Shown here: positions 1 to 11,876 of the stretch, in pieces | Position numbering within the stretch: position 1 is the first letter of the stretch | Layout of the letters: each line of letters opens with the position of its first letter | Assembly: GCA_025350525.1 (NCBI GenBank) | Contig: JANXXR010000006.1 | Span: forward strand, 1-35,865 | Source: Deltaproteobacteria bacterium | GTDB lineage: Bacteria > Myxococcota > Myxococcia > Myxococcales > 40CM-4-68-19 | Direction: 5' to 3' | Length of the DNA stretch: 35,865 nucleotides | Program-made: the position numbers and the translations under genes | Notes under the pieces: model-generated | Seen by the model: only the letters and a program-made list of their open reading frames with translations | What the model was told of the DNA's origin: nothing | Database searches by the model: none

Positions 1-125
1 ACGCTGAAGATGGCGGTGGTGGCGCCGATGCCCAGCGCCAGCGCCAGCACCGCCGCGGCGGTGAAGCCCGGCGTGCGCAGGAGCCCCCGAACCGCGAAGC
101 GGAGATCGCGCAGGATTGCGTCCAT
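1..125 (-). CDS. ABC transporter permease (MacB/ADOP-like), N-terminal fragment; continues beyond the left edge
   Basis: ATG at 125 lies 2 nt after the stop of the upstream permease. It translates as [41 protein letters not shown], nearly identical to the N-terminus of 128..2539. Not in the ORF track because it runs off the window. Confidence 0.9.
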   Translation of the reverse strand, partial: MDAILRDLRFAVRGLLRTPGFTAAAVLALALGIGATTAIFS

Positions 126-127
126 GA

Positions 128-2539
128 TCAGTCCGCCCTCAGCGCCGACATCGGATCGACGCGCGTCGCCCGCAGCGCAGGGAGGTAGCTCGCCGCCAGC
201 GCCACCGCGGCCAGCACCATCGAGATGACCGCGTAGGTGAACGGATCGCGCGCGCCCACGCCGTAGAGCATGGAGGAGAGCACCTGCGCCGCGAGCAGCG
301 CCGAAGCGAGGCCGATGGCAACGCCCAGCCCCGCCACCTTGAGCGCGCCCCCCATCACCAGGCGCACCACGTCGCCGGGCTGCGCGCCCACCGCGATGCG
401 CACGCCGATCTCCCGGGTCCTCTGCGTCACGCCGTACGAGGTGACGCCGTAGATGCCCACCGCCGCGAGCAGGAGGGCGAGCGCCGCGAACGCGCCCAGG
501 AGCCGCAGCGGAAAGACCCGCGGCGCGAGCGAGTTGGCGACGACCTCGTCGAGCAGGTCGATGCGGCCTTCCGGCTGCGTGGGGTCGATGCCCGCGAGCG
601 GCTCGCGGAGGGAGGCGGGCGAGACCGCGCCGCGCAGCACCAGCGTCATCTGGTCGGGCGGCGATTGCGCAGCGGCGAAGTAGTAGACGGGCGGAGCCGG
701 GCGATCGAGGCCCTCTTCGCGCGCGTCCCCCACGACGCCGACGATGGTGCGCCACTCTCCCTCGCGCGGCCTCTTGGTGTCGAGCCGGATGCGGTGCCCC
801 AGCACCTCGCGACCTGGAGAGTAGCGCCGCACCCAGGCCTGGTTGACCAGCGCCACCAGCGGCGCGCGGGCGTCGTCGGACAGCGAAAATTCGCGGCCGG
901 CGACCACGGGCTGGCGCATCGCCTTGAAGTAGCCAGGCATGGCGCGGCGGATGGCGTCGCTGGGCTGCGGCTCGCCGGACGGCGGCTGGTAGCCTTCGAT
1001 GAAGTAGCTGAGCCGGTAGTTGCCCTCCATCGGCAGGCGATCGATCCCGCCGGCGGCCTCCACGCCGGGCAGCGCGCTCGCGCGGCGGAGCGCCTCGTCG
1101 AAGAAGCGGGCGCGGGCGGAGTCGTCGTCGTCGTACGCGGGGCCGCCGGGCGACAGTCGCGCCGCGGTGGCGCCGGCGGGGTCGAAGCCGGGTGAGACGC
1201 GGAGCAGGCTGGCGAAGCTGCGCAGCACCAGCCCCGCGCTCACCAGCACCACCAGCGAGAGCGCAACCTGCGCCACCACCAGCATCGAGCGGAGGCGTCC
1301 GGCGGAGACGCCGGCGGTGGTCTGGCCGCCCTCTTTCAGCGAGCCGGCGAGATCAGGCCGGCTGAAGCGGAGCGCGGGCAGCAGCCCCGAAAGGATGGTG
1401 GTCGCCGCAGTGACCCCGACCGCGAACGCCAGCACCGCGCGGTCGACGCGGATGTCGGCGAGCTGGCGGATCTGGCGCGGCGCGGTGGCGAGCAGCCCGT
1501 CGAGGCCCCAGGCGCCGATCAGGACGCCCAGCGCCGCGCCCATCACCGCCAGCACCGCGCTCTCGGTGAGCAGCTGACGGGTCAGCCGCGCGCGGCCCGC
1601 GCCCAGCGCCGATCGCAGCGCGAACTCCCGCTGCCGCGACGCCGACCGCGCCAGCATCAGATTTGCCACGTTGCCGCAGGCGATGAGCAGCACCAGGAGC
1701 ACGAGGCCGAAGAGCAGCCACAGTGGCTGCCGCGACGATCCGACGAAGCGGTCGCGCAGGGGCGCCGTGCTGAAGCGGAAGCCCTGCTCGGGCGCGTAGC
1801 TCTCCGGGTGGGCCGCGCGCACGCGGGCGCTCAGCTGATCGAGCGCCGCCTGGGCCGCCTCGGGCGAGAGGCCTGCGCGCAGCCTGCCGACGCCCTCGAG
1901 GTAGTGCGCCCCCCGCTGCTTGAGCCGCTGCTCGTCGGTAAAGCCGAACGGCACGTAGAACTCGCGCGTCCCGCCGTAGCGGAACGAGTCGGGCAGCACG
2001 CCCACGATGCGGTAGGGGTGGCCGTCCAGCGTGACGCTGCGCCCCACCACCGCGGGATCGGCCCCGTAGCGGCGGCGCCACGCGGTGCCGTCGAGCAGCG
2101 CGACCTCATCGTGGCCCTTGAAGTCCTCGTCCGGCGCGAAGCCGCGGCCAAGGACCGGCTGCACGCCCAGAGTCTTGAAGAAGCTGCCGGTGGCGTTGGC
2201 CACCCGGACCCGCTCGGCCCGCTCGCCCTGCAGCGCGGCCGTGCCGTCGGCGAAAGCGCCGGCCGCCTCGAGGAACGGCGCCGCCGTGAAGTCTTCGTAC
2301 TCGGGCACCGAGAGCGAGAAGCCGACCAGGTGGCGGGTCATGAAGTCGGTGCGCAGCGAGACCAGGCGGCTCTCGTCGCCCCATCCCAGCGATCGCAAGA
2401 GCACCGCGTGGACCACGCTGAAGATGGCGGTGGTGGCGCCGATGCCCAGCGCCAGCGCCAGCACCGCCGCGGCGGTGAAGCCCGGCGTGCGCAGGAGCCC
2501 CCGGATGGCGAAGCGCAGGTCGCGCAGGAGAGCGTCCAT
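128..2539 (-). CDS. ABC transporter permease, MacB/FtsX-type with duplicated periplasmic and TM modules (ADOP-like), 803 aa
   Basis: [27 protein letters not shown]-terminus; two FtsX-like TM blocks ([23 protein letters not shown] and [14 protein letters not shown]); C-terminal RVDPMSALR. Confidence 0.95.
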   Translation of the reverse strand: MDALLRDLRFAIRGLLRTPGFTAAAVLALALGIGATTAIFSVVHAVLLRSLGWGDESRLVSLRTDFMTRHLVGFSLSVPEYEDFTAAPFLEAAGAFADGTAALQGERAERVRVANATGSFFKTLGVQPVLGRGFAPDEDFKGHDEVALLDGTAWRRRYGADPAVVGRSVTLDGHPYRIVGVLPDSFRYGGTREFYVPFGFTDEQRLKQRGAHYLEGVGRLRAGLSPEAAQAALDQLSARVRAAHPESYAPEQGFRFSTAPLRDRFVGSSRQPLWLLFGLVLLVLLIACGNVANLMLARSASRQREFALRSALGAGRARLTRQLLTESAVLAVMGAALGVLIGAWGLDGLLATAPRQIRQLADIRVDRAVLAFAVGVTAATTILSGLLPALRFSRPDLAGSLKEGGQTTAGVSAGRLRSMLVVAQVALSLVVLVSAGLVLRSFASLLRVSPGFDPAGATAARLSPGGPAYDDDDSARARFFDEALRRASALPGVEAAGGIDRLPMEGNYRLSYFIEGYQPPSGEPQPSDAIRRAMPGYFKAMRQPVVAGREFSLSDDARAPLVALVNQAWVRRYSPGREVLGHRIRLDTKRPREGEWRTIVGVVGDAREEGLDRPAPPVYYFAAAQSPPDQMTLVLRGAVSPASLREPLAGIDPTQPEGRIDLLDEVVANSLAPRVFPLRLLGAFAALALLLAAVGIYGVTSYGVTQRTREIGVRIAVGAQPGDVVRLVMGGALKVAGLGVAIGLASALLAAQVLSSMLYGVGARDPFTYAVISMVLAAVALAASYLPALRATRVDPMSALRAD

Positions 2540-2540
2540 G

Positions 2541-3235
<695 letters not shown>

Positions 3236-3239
<4 letters not shown>

Positions 3240-4480
3240 TTCAGCCTCACTCGGTCGGCCTGGTCCCAGGCGGACATGTCGGAAAGGATCACGGTGTCGC
3301 CCTCGGCAAGCCCTTCGAGCACCTCGACGGTGGAGACGGAGCTGCGGCCCAGCTTCACCTTGGCGCGGCGCGCCTCGTCGCTCTCCCTGGCGAGGCGGAA
3401 GAGCTCGATCTGACCCTCGGGCTGCGCGCCGGCGGGGCGGCCGACGTAGAGGACGTTGGCCAGCTTCTCGATCTCCACCGTGCCCTCGATGGTCAGGTCG
3501 GGCCGGGCGCCGCGCGGCAATTCGGCGGGCAGCGAGACGTCGACCTCGACCGAGCCCTGGTTCGCCGAGGGCGAGATGCGCGAGACCTTGCCCTGCACGA
3601 TGCCGTTGCGGGTGTCGATCGAGGCCGAGAGCTGCAGCGCCAGGTCGCGCGCCTGCGTCTCGGGAATGCGCAGCACGGCCTTGAGCTTCTCGGGCTGGAC
3701 GACCTTGGCGAGCAGCGAGCCCGGCGTCACCCACTGGCCCAACTCCAGCGGCAGCTCGGAGAGGACGCCGTGTTCCACCGAGCGCACCTTCATCGATTCG
3801 ACCTGCTTGCGGCGGAAGGCGACCACCGCCTTGAGCCGCTCGATCTGCGCCCGCTGGGCCGCGACCACTTCCCGGCCGCTGCTGGAGACGACGCCGAGGC
3901 GCCGCTTCTCGAGAGCGAGCCGGCGGGTCAGCTGGGCGGCCTTTTCGATCTGCTGGTTCGCCTCGAGGCCGCTGATGACGCCGTCCTGCGCCAGCTTGCG
4001 GTCGGCCTTGGCGCGGCGCTCGGCGTCGAGGGCGTCGGCTTCCAGCGAGGCGAGGCCGGATTCGGTGACCAGCTCGTTGCCGCTCGAGGTCGCGCGCAGG
4101 TTGATGAGGTCGGCCTGCGCCTGCGCAAGCTGCCGCTCGGCGTCGAGCGCCTGCAGCATGACGTCGGGGTTGGACAACTCGAGCAGCACCGTGCCGGCCT
4201 CCACCTTTGCGCCGGGACGCAACGGGATGCGCTCGACGCGGCCGGCCGTGTCGGCGGTGATCAGCCGGATCTGCTCGGGCACCAGCGTGCCGGGGCCCTT
4301 CACCTCGCGCAGCATCGGTCCGCGCTTGACGGTGTCGGTCCAGAGCGAGGCGCGATCGACCACCGGCGCCGCCGACCGCAGGCGCGAGAGCCCGATGGTG
4401 ATCGCGATCAGCGCGGCGACGCCGGCGCCGATGGCCGCCCAGCGCGCCTTCTGGCTGCGCGGCTTGCGCGGAATGTCCAC
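3236..4480 (-). CDS. HlyD/MacA-family periplasmic adaptor (membrane fusion protein)
   Basis: N-terminal TM anchor, V.RG.M.REV.GPGTLVP, lipoyl-like halves around a coiled coil, C-terminal EVLEGLAEGDTVILSDM. Start placed at GTG 4480 (MDIPRK); ATG 4510 is an alternative. The TTG at 4540 falls on the sigma54 promoter. Confidence 0.88.
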
Positions 4481-4523
4481 GATGCTCGCTGCTCGCTGGG
4501 GCTCGGCCATCGGGCGGGTAGAG

Positions 4524-4539
4524 AGCGAAAGTTGTGCCA
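4524..4539 (-). promoter_or_regulatory. sigma54 (-24/-12) promoter of the HlyD-ABC operon
   Basis: Minus strand reads TGGCACAACTTTCGCT: TGGCAC box with exact GG-N10-GC spacing, just upstream of the adaptor gene. Confidence 0.65.
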
Positions 4540-4550
4540 ACCGTCTCGAG

Positions 4551-4582
4551 GGCCTCGGGCCTCAGGCTTCAGGCCTCAGGCC
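4551..4582. repeat. 7-bp tandem repeat (GGCCTCA-like) x4.5
   Basis: ggcctcg ggcctca ggcttca ggcctca ggcc in the divergent intergenic region. Confidence 0.8.
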
Positions 4583-4706
4583 CAAGACAACGTGTGCGGA
4601 TTTGGGACTGGCCGTCCCCGAACCGGGCATCTCGCCGATCGAGGACGTCTTCCTGATCCTGGCGTATACGGTCTGAAATCGCGGCGCCTGACCGCCCAGG
4701 GCTTTC

Positions 4707-6635
4707 ATGCCAGTCACCCAGGATGGAATTGACGCAGGCACGCCCATGGGCGCGACCGTCGTAGAAGGAGGTGCCACCTTCCGGGTCTGGGCGCCGGGGG
4801 CGCGCGACGTCTATTTGCGCTTTCCCGACGACGCGGCGACGGGATGGCTGCCGTCGGCGGGAAACCGACTCGCCCGACAGCCGAACGGCACCTGGGCGGG
4901 GTTCGTCGCCGGTGCGAGCGACGGCGAGCGATACCGGTTCTTCGTGCGCGGCACGGGCAGCGAAGGCTTCAAGCGCGACCCCTACGCCCGCGAGCTGACC
5001 GAAGAATGGCCCAACCCACGCTGCGTGCTGCGAGCTCCGAGGTATCCTTGGCACGATGGCGCTTTCATGGGGCCGGCGCTGGCGGACCTGGTCATCTACC
5101 AGTTCCACATCGGCACCTATCGCGCCGTCGACGACGCCGGCCACGACCTCCGCAACGGCCGGGTGGCCAGGCTTCTCGACGCCGTCGACCGCATTCCATA
5201 TCTGGCAGACCTCGGCTTCAATGCAGTAGAACCACTTCCCATCGACGAATTCACGGGCCCTTTCAGCCTCGGATACAACGGCGTCGATTACTTCTCGCCG
5301 GAGATGGACTATTCAGTCCCGGCGCCGGAGCTCCCCCGATACCTCTCCAGGGTGAACGCGCTGCTGGCGGCGCGTGGCGCACCGCCGGTCATCGCGCGCG
5401 ATCTCGAGGCGCACGGCGACCAGGTGCGCGCCTTCGTGGATCTCTGCCATCTGTACGGCATCGCCGTGCTCTTCGACGTGGTCTACAACCACGCGGGCGG
5501 TGACTTCGGCGACCAGGGACTCTACTTCTTCGACCGCCGGCCCGAGGGCAATCGGAACGACAGTCTCTATTTCACCGATCAAGAATGGGCGGGCGGCCTG
5601 GTCTTCGCTTACTGGGACGCGGACGTGCGGCGGTTCCTCGTTGATAACGCGCGTTCCTATTCACGCGAATACCACGCGGACGGCCTTCGTTACGACGAGG
5701 TGACCGTCATTGCGCGCAAGGGCGGTTGGCAGTTCTGCCAGGAGTTGACGGCCGGGGTCCGCGGCGAGCCCCGGCCTGCGATTCAGATCGCCGAGTATTG
5801 GGATGACCCGTTCTACGTGGTCGAATCGGCCCGGGAAGGCGGCGCCGGCTTCGATGCGCACTGGAGCGACCGCCTGCGAGTGGCGGTGCGCCGCGCTCTC
5901 GGACAAGCTGCGGCAGGTCGCGATGCCCAGGTCGACATCGAAGGTCTCGCCCGCGCGTTGTGGCCCGACGACCGATACCCCGCGTACCGGGCTGTCCATT
6001 GCCTCGAGAACCACGACCTGGTGCTGGTCACACATGCCGACGCCGTGCCTCGCATCGTCACTGTCGCCGACGGCTCCGATCAGCGCTCCTGGTGGGCACG
6101 CAGCCGGACGCGAGTCGCGAACGGCTTGCTCCTCACGGCTCCCGGCGTTCCCATGATGTTCATGGGCCAGGAGCTGCTCGAGCGAAACCTGTGGCACGAC
6201 GATCCCACCGACGCCGGCCATCTCGTGCAGTGGGACGGACTTGCGAGCGATCCCGCCGTCATCGACCACCACCGCTTCGTACGCGAGCTCATTGGCATCC
6301 GCCGCAGCTATCCCGCGCTTCGCGGAGAACGTATCAACGTGTTCCACGCGCGCGACGACAGCCGCGTCCTCGCCTTCCATCGCTGGCTCGACCAGCAGGG
6401 CCGGGACGTCGTGGTCGTGGCGAGCCTGTGTGAGACGACGTACGGCCGCTACCGTATCGGCTTCCCCCTCGCGGGCGCGTGGCGTGAAGTCTTCAACAGC
6501 GAGGCGTACGACCGGTATCCGGCGACAGGAAACGCCGGCCGCGCCGACGCGCTCGGCGTGCCATGGGACGGCTTGCCGGCCTCGGCCGAGATCGTCGTTC
6601 CGGCGTGCTCGATCATGATCTTCGCGCGCGAGTAG
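4707..6635 (+). CDS. GH13 alpha-amylase-family enzyme with N-terminal CBM48-like domain (branching enzyme / trehalohydrolase-like), 642 aa
   Basis: GATFRVWAP, DPYAREL, GFNAVEPLP, DVVYNH; catalytic GLRYD, IAEYW and ENHD motifs; PGVPMMFMGQE. No signal peptide. Confidence 0.9.
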   Translation: MPVTQDGIDAGTPMGATVVEGGATFRVWAPGARDVYLRFPDDAATGWLPSAGNRLARQPNGTWAGFVAGASDGERYRFFVRGTGSEGFKRDPYARELTEEWPNPRCVLRAPRYPWHDGAFMGPALADLVIYQFHIGTYRAVDDAGHDLRNGRVARLLDAVDRIPYLADLGFNAVEPLPIDEFTGPFSLGYNGVDYFSPEMDYSVPAPELPRYLSRVNALLAARGAPPVIARDLEAHGDQVRAFVDLCHLYGIAVLFDVVYNHAGGDFGDQGLYFFDRRPEGNRNDSLYFTDQEWAGGLVFAYWDADVRRFLVDNARSYSREYHADGLRYDEVTVIARKGGWQFCQELTAGVRGEPRPAIQIAEYWDDPFYVVESAREGGAGFDAHWSDRLRVAVRRALGQAAAGRDAQVDIEGLARALWPDDRYPAYRAVHCLENHDLVLVTHADAVPRIVTVADGSDQRSWWARSRTRVANGLLLTAPGVPMMFMGQELLERNLWHDDPTDAGHLVQWDGLASDPAVIDHHRFVRELIGIRRSYPALRGERINVFHARDDSRVLAFHRWLDQQGRDVVVVASLCETTYGRYRIGFPLAGAWREVFNSEAYDRYPATGNAGRADALGVPWDGLPASAEIVVPACSIMIFARE

Positions 6636-6769
6636 ACAGCCTCTGATGCAACACTCGCCATTCTTCACCGTCCTCAGTCCACTCCAGCCCCCCTTTTGTC
6701 GAGGGCATTTCCCTGTTAGGGTTAGAAGGCGATGCAGCAGCATCCAGCGCGTCGCTCTTGGGGGACAAG

Positions 6770-9700
6770 ATGCGCGCACACCGGCCAGCGCTAGTCGCAG
6801 CGCTTTGCATTGCCGCCGCATCCTGTAATTCGGGTTCGCCCGCTGCGCCCGGCAAACGGGACCGCAGCCACGAGGTCATCTCGGATGCGGCCCACAACAG
6901 CGGCACGCCGGGAATCTATTTCCTCCGTCCCATGATGCCCGCGCAGCCGGCGCAACTCGGGCACAGCGCCCCGCCCGGGAGCTTCGGCGGCCCCTGGGTG
7001 GTCATCGATCGCATCTCGCTGCCCGCGGGATGCGTCAACGACTGCCCGGCGCAGGTGATCACGCCCAACGTCACCACCATCACCCGCACCGCCACCAGCG
7101 ACGGCACCGGCATTCCCGTCAGCAAGGGCGACGCGCGCAACCGGCTCGTCTACCACGTCAACCGCGTGCCGCCTCCGCCCGGCGACAGCGAGCCCGACGC
7201 CGACCTCGACGACGTGCCCGACGGCTACTGGTCGACGCACTGGGAGTCGGACGACTTCGGCACCCTGGTGAACGGCATCTACCGCGCTCACGTGTTCGTG
7301 GGCAGCGTCGCGCAGCCGCTCGAGCTCGGGTTCGCCGACATCGAGATCGTTCCCGACGGCATCTCGAACGCCGTCTGGAAGAAGATCGATCGCACCGAGT
7401 TCGTGCCGCTCAAGTTCGGGCACACCCTCCTCATCACCTTCCAGATCGAGCCTTCGGCGCTGGTCTGCCTGGGCGTCGCCTGCACCGCTTCGGACTCGTG
7501 CCACCTGGCGGGCGTCTGCGACCGCAGCACCGGCGCCTGCTCGACCCGGCCGCGCCGAACGGCACCTCTTGCGCGACCAACGGCGGTCAGTGCCACGGCG
7601 GGAGCTGCTCGTGCCCGACCGGGTACTCGCTCGCGAACGGGACCTGCACGCCGATCGACAGCTGCCTCATCCATCACGGCGGGTGCAACGGCGCTGCCGT
7701 CTGCACCAGCACCGGGCCCGGCCAGAACGTCTGCGGCTGCAACCCGGGCTACACCGGCGACGGCAAGAGCTGCACGCCCGGCCTCGCCATCACCGGCGTG
7801 ACCGACGGCGAGATCACCAACGCCGCCTCGGTGACGCCGGTGATCGTCTCTCCCGCGCCGGTGACGGCGGCGCTCGCCGGCGCGCCCTTCCTCTCCGGGA
7901 CCGCGGTCGCCGCCGAGGGAGATCACCTGCTCGCCGCGACGGCGGCAGACGCCTTCGGCAACCAGAAGTCGGCGACGGTGCACTTCTCCCTCGATCGAAC
8001 TCCGCCAGCCGTGGTCATCGCCGGGGTCAGCGACGGCGAGCTTCGCGCCGCGCCGGCGACCATCTCCTTCAGCGCCACCGACGCGCACCTCGCATCGGCG
8101 GCCGCGACCCTCGATGGCGCGCCCTTCGCCTCGGGGGGCACGGTCGCTAGCGAAGGCCTGCACCAGGTGGTGGTGACCGCTGCGGACGCCGCGGGAAACA
8201 GCGCCGTCGCCTCGGTGACGTTCCGCATCGTGCTGACGCCGCCCGCGATCGTGGTCGTGGCGCCGAGCGATGGCGCCTACCTCAACACCGCCACCGCCTC
8301 TGTGGTCGCGCAGGTCACCGACCAGGGCGGCGGCATCGCGCAGGTCCAGGCCAACGGCGTCGCGATGGTGTTCTCCACGGGCGCATTTCGCGCCGACCTG
8401 CCGCTGCTCGAGGGCGTGAACACCATCGCCGTCGCGGCCAGCGACCTGGTCGGCAACCGGTCGCAGGTGACCCTTTCGGTAATGCGCGACACGACACCGC
8501 CCGCGATCAACCTGACCTCGCCCGCCGACGGCGCGCACCTCGCGGCTGCGAGCGTGCAGGTGGTCGGCGTCGCCACCGACGCGAGCCCGCTGGTCGTGCG
8601 GGTCGACGGCGCGCCGGTGTCGCCGAGCTTCGCCACCACGGTGGCGCTGACTCCCGGGGCGAACCTGATCGTGGTCTTTGCCACCGACGCGGCCGGCAAC
8701 TCCTCCACCGTCACGCGCCAGGTGCGCTCGAACACGGTGCCGCCCGCGCTCGCGGTCCTGTCGCCGCCCGATGGCCTGATCACCAGCCAGACGACCATCG
8801 CGGTTTCCGGCACTGCCCCTCCCGGCGACAGCGCCGACACGCTCTCAGTCACCATCGACGGCGCGCCCGCGGCCCTGACCGGCGCGGCCTTCAGCGGCGC
8901 CGTCTCGCCCCCCGAGGGCGACCACACCATCGTCGTCACCGCCAAGGACAGCTACGGCCTTTCCGCGCAGCGGCAGATCCACCTCACGCGCGACACCACG
9001 CCGCCCGTGATCGCCATCAGCGGCGTGGCCGACGGCGAAATCCGCACCAGCCCCGTCAGCATCTCGTTCAGCGCCAGCGACGCGCACCTCTCTTCCGTCA
9101 GCGCCACGCTCGACGGCGCGCCCTTCGCGAGCGGAGGCACGGTGAAGAGCGCGGGGCCGCACGCGCTGGCCGTCCTCGCCAGCGACGCAGCAGGAAATGC
9201 GTCGGCCGTGTACTGCACTTCCGCCTCGCCCTTGCGCCGCCGCAGGTCACCATCCTCGCGCCTGCCGACGGCAGCTACGGTAACTCGCCCACCGCGGCCG
9301 TGGTCGCGCAGGTCACCGACGGCGGCGGCGGCATCGCGCAGGTCACCGCCAACGGCGTGCCGATGGCGCTGGGGGCAGGCGGGCTCTTCCGCGCCTCGGT
9401 GGCGCTCACCGAGGGCCACGACCTGATCGCGGTCACGGCCACCGATCTGGCGGCGCAGTCGGCCCAGCAGACGATCTCGGTCGTGCTCGACACGCAGCCC
9501 CCGGCCCTCAACCTCGCCGCTCCGGCCGAGGGCGCGTTCATCGCCGCGCTCAGCGCCACCGTCAGCGGCACCGTCACCGACGCGAGCCCGCTGGCGCTGA
9601 CGGTCAACGGCGCGGCGACGGCGGTGGCCGCCGGCGGAAGCTTCTCCATCACGGCGGCGCTGTCCGCGGGAGCGAACACCATCGTGGCGTTGGCGACCGA

Positions 9701-11867
9701 CGCGGCGGGCAACTCCTCGGCGGTGACGCGCCACCTGCGCGCAAACAGCGTGCCGCCCGCGCTCACCGTCTCGTCGCCGGCCGAAGGCTTGATCACCAAC
9801 CAGACCACCATCGCGGTCTCCGGGACTGCTACGCCCGGCGACAGCACCGACACGCTCTCGGTCACCATCGACGGTGCCCCCGCGGCCCGGTCGGGCTCCG
9901 CGTTCAGCGGCGCGATCTCGCCGCCCGAAGGCGATCACACCATCGTCGTCATCGCCACCGACAGCTACGGGCTCTCCTCGCGGCAGGAGGTGCACATCAC
10001 GCGCGACACCACGCCGCCGGCCATCGCCATCAGCGGCGTCGCCGACAGCGAGGTCCGGACCAGCCCCGTTACCATCTCGTTTAGCGCCACCGACGCGCAC
10101 CTGTCGTCCGTCAGCGCCACGCTCGACGGCGCCTCGTTTGCGAGCGGAGGGACGGTGAGCGCCGCGGGAGCTCACGCGCTCGTGGTGGTGGCCGCCGACG
10201 CGGCGAGCAACCAGGCGACGCAGACCGTGCACTTCAGCATTGCGGCAGCGGGCGTCTTCAGGCTCGGCGGAACCGTGACCGGCCTCCCCTCGAGCCTGGT
10301 CCTGGCGAACGGTGCGGAGCAGCTCACCGTCTCGGACAACGGCGCCTTCGCCTTCGACACGCCCCTGGCCAGCGGCCAGAGCTACTCCGTCGGCATCCAG
10401 TCGCAGCCCGCTCCGCCTGCCCAGACCTGCACCGTGACCAACGGCGCCGGCGTTGCCACCGCCGACGTGACCAACGTGGAAGTGGACTGCCCTCCGTTTG
10501 CCGTCGCCAGCGGGCTGGTTGGCCCGGCCCTCGTCAAGGTCAATGGCTCGTCGGTCTACTTCGCCACCTCGAGCACGGTCAGCTGCTACGGCACCGGCAC
10601 CCCGCGGGACGGCATCATGATGGTGCCCACCAGCGGCGGTACGCCGGTGGCCATCGCGCCCATCGACCATTTCGCCGGCAATTGCGGCGCCTATGGAATG
10701 CTCTTCGATTCGTCGTATCTCTATTGGGCCGACTATGCCGATGCGACCATCTGGCGGGCGACGCTGGCCGGCGTCGGCCCGACGCAGATCTTCAGTGGCG
10801 GACAATACCTGAACGGTCTCGCCATCGACGCGGCCGGCGGGTCGCTCTACTATCACCAATATGGCTATTCCTCGATCGGCCGCGTCTCGACGGCGGGAAG
10901 CGGGAATACCACCTTTGCCAGCGCCGGCTCGATCAACGGCGAGAACCTGACCAGCGACGGCGCCAACCTCTATTGGACCGACGCCACCGTCGGAACCGTC
11001 AACCAGGTCCCGTTCAGCGCCTCCCCGCCCGCCTCGCCGACCACCCTCGCAACGGGGGAGGCGGCCCCGTTCGCCCCCTTCGTCAGCTCCTCGTCGATCT
11101 ACTGGCTCGCCTCCGGCGCGCTCCGCTACGCCTCGCTGACGTCTCCGTCCGCTGCGTCGCTGGCGACCGGCCTCCTCGCGCCCAACAGCACGGTTGCGGA
11201 TGCGAGCTCCGTTTGGGTGCTCGCCTCGGGATCGGGTGCGTCCGACGGGCGCATCTATCAGATCCCAACTGGCGGCGGCGCGCCGGTGATCATCGCCAAG
11301 GGCCTCTACCAGCCGAGATCCCTGGCGCAGGACGCGAGCAACCTCTACTGAGCGAGCGCCAACACCAGCGGTAACCAGGACGGCACCATCCAGATGATCA
11401 GCAAGGGCCCCCGGACCAACAACTGCGCCGGCCTCGGCGTGGCCTGCCCGGTGGCAGGGGACGGTTGGTTGTGGGACAACGCGGGGCCGGGGTGCCGGTG
11501 CATCTTCAGCACCTGCAACTGCTGCGACTTCGGCGGCAACGGTTTAAGGGAGCTGAAGTCCCACGTCGTCACCTTCCTGGTGGCTGGCGAGTCGCTGTCC
11601 TTCACCTTCGCTCCCACCTTCAGCTCCTGCTTCACCGGCGCCGAGGACTTCACGGCCCGGTGGATCCCGGCTCCCGGAAACAACCACGCCGGCGTCACCA
11701 TCACACCGCAGGGGGGCGCCGCCGACCTGTTCCTCGTCAATGACGGCAGCCATCAAATGGTCGAGTCATCCACTTTCAACACGTACCACCCGCAGACCTT
11801 CACCATCGGCTTCCCCGACGGCCGGCAGTTCGTCATGGACGGCACGACCGGCTTGTTGGTCCACTGA
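6770..11867 (+). pseudogene. Giant surface lipoprotein/adhesin (~1,700 aa if repaired): Cys-rich + EGF-like + tandem Ig-like repeats + YW-repeat beta-propeller + Cys-rich C-terminal domain; interrupted at ~7543, ~9210 and 11349-11351
   Basis: Signal peptide with lipobox-like AASC from ATG 6770. The coherent protein reads through three frames (6770-7542, 7543-~9210, ~9210-11348). After the TGA it continues in the same frame to 11867. EGF motif CLIHHGGCNGAAVCTSTGPGQNVCGCNPGYTGDGKSC; repeated DTTPP..ISGV.DG..DAAGN modules. The lesions may be sequencing errors. Confidence 0.8.
7990..10245 (+). repeat. Internal ~1.0-kb tandem duplication of an Ig-like domain block (about 2.2 copies)
   Basis: Near-identical DNA about 1 kb apart, e.g. 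gatcacca(g/a)ccagac(g/c)accatcgcggt at ~8778 and ~9791, and cgcgcgacaccacgccgcc at ~8987 and ~10000. Boundaries approximate. Confidence 0.8.
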
Positions 11868-11876
11868 CCTCGCACG

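Noticed and set aside
6636-6769. Riboswitch in the leader of the giant adhesin
   Set aside because: Only short hairpins (ccct-gtt-aggg, gatgc-agca-gcatc) are present, with no recognisable aptamer consensus. An Rfam scan would be needed to exclude one fully.
11349-11351. Genome-wide TGA recoding (Trp/Gly) or selenocysteine
   Set aside because: TGA ends many genes here at their expected C-termini, often in GTGA overlaps. The context calls for Trp, not Cys/Sec, and no SECIS-like hairpin is evident.
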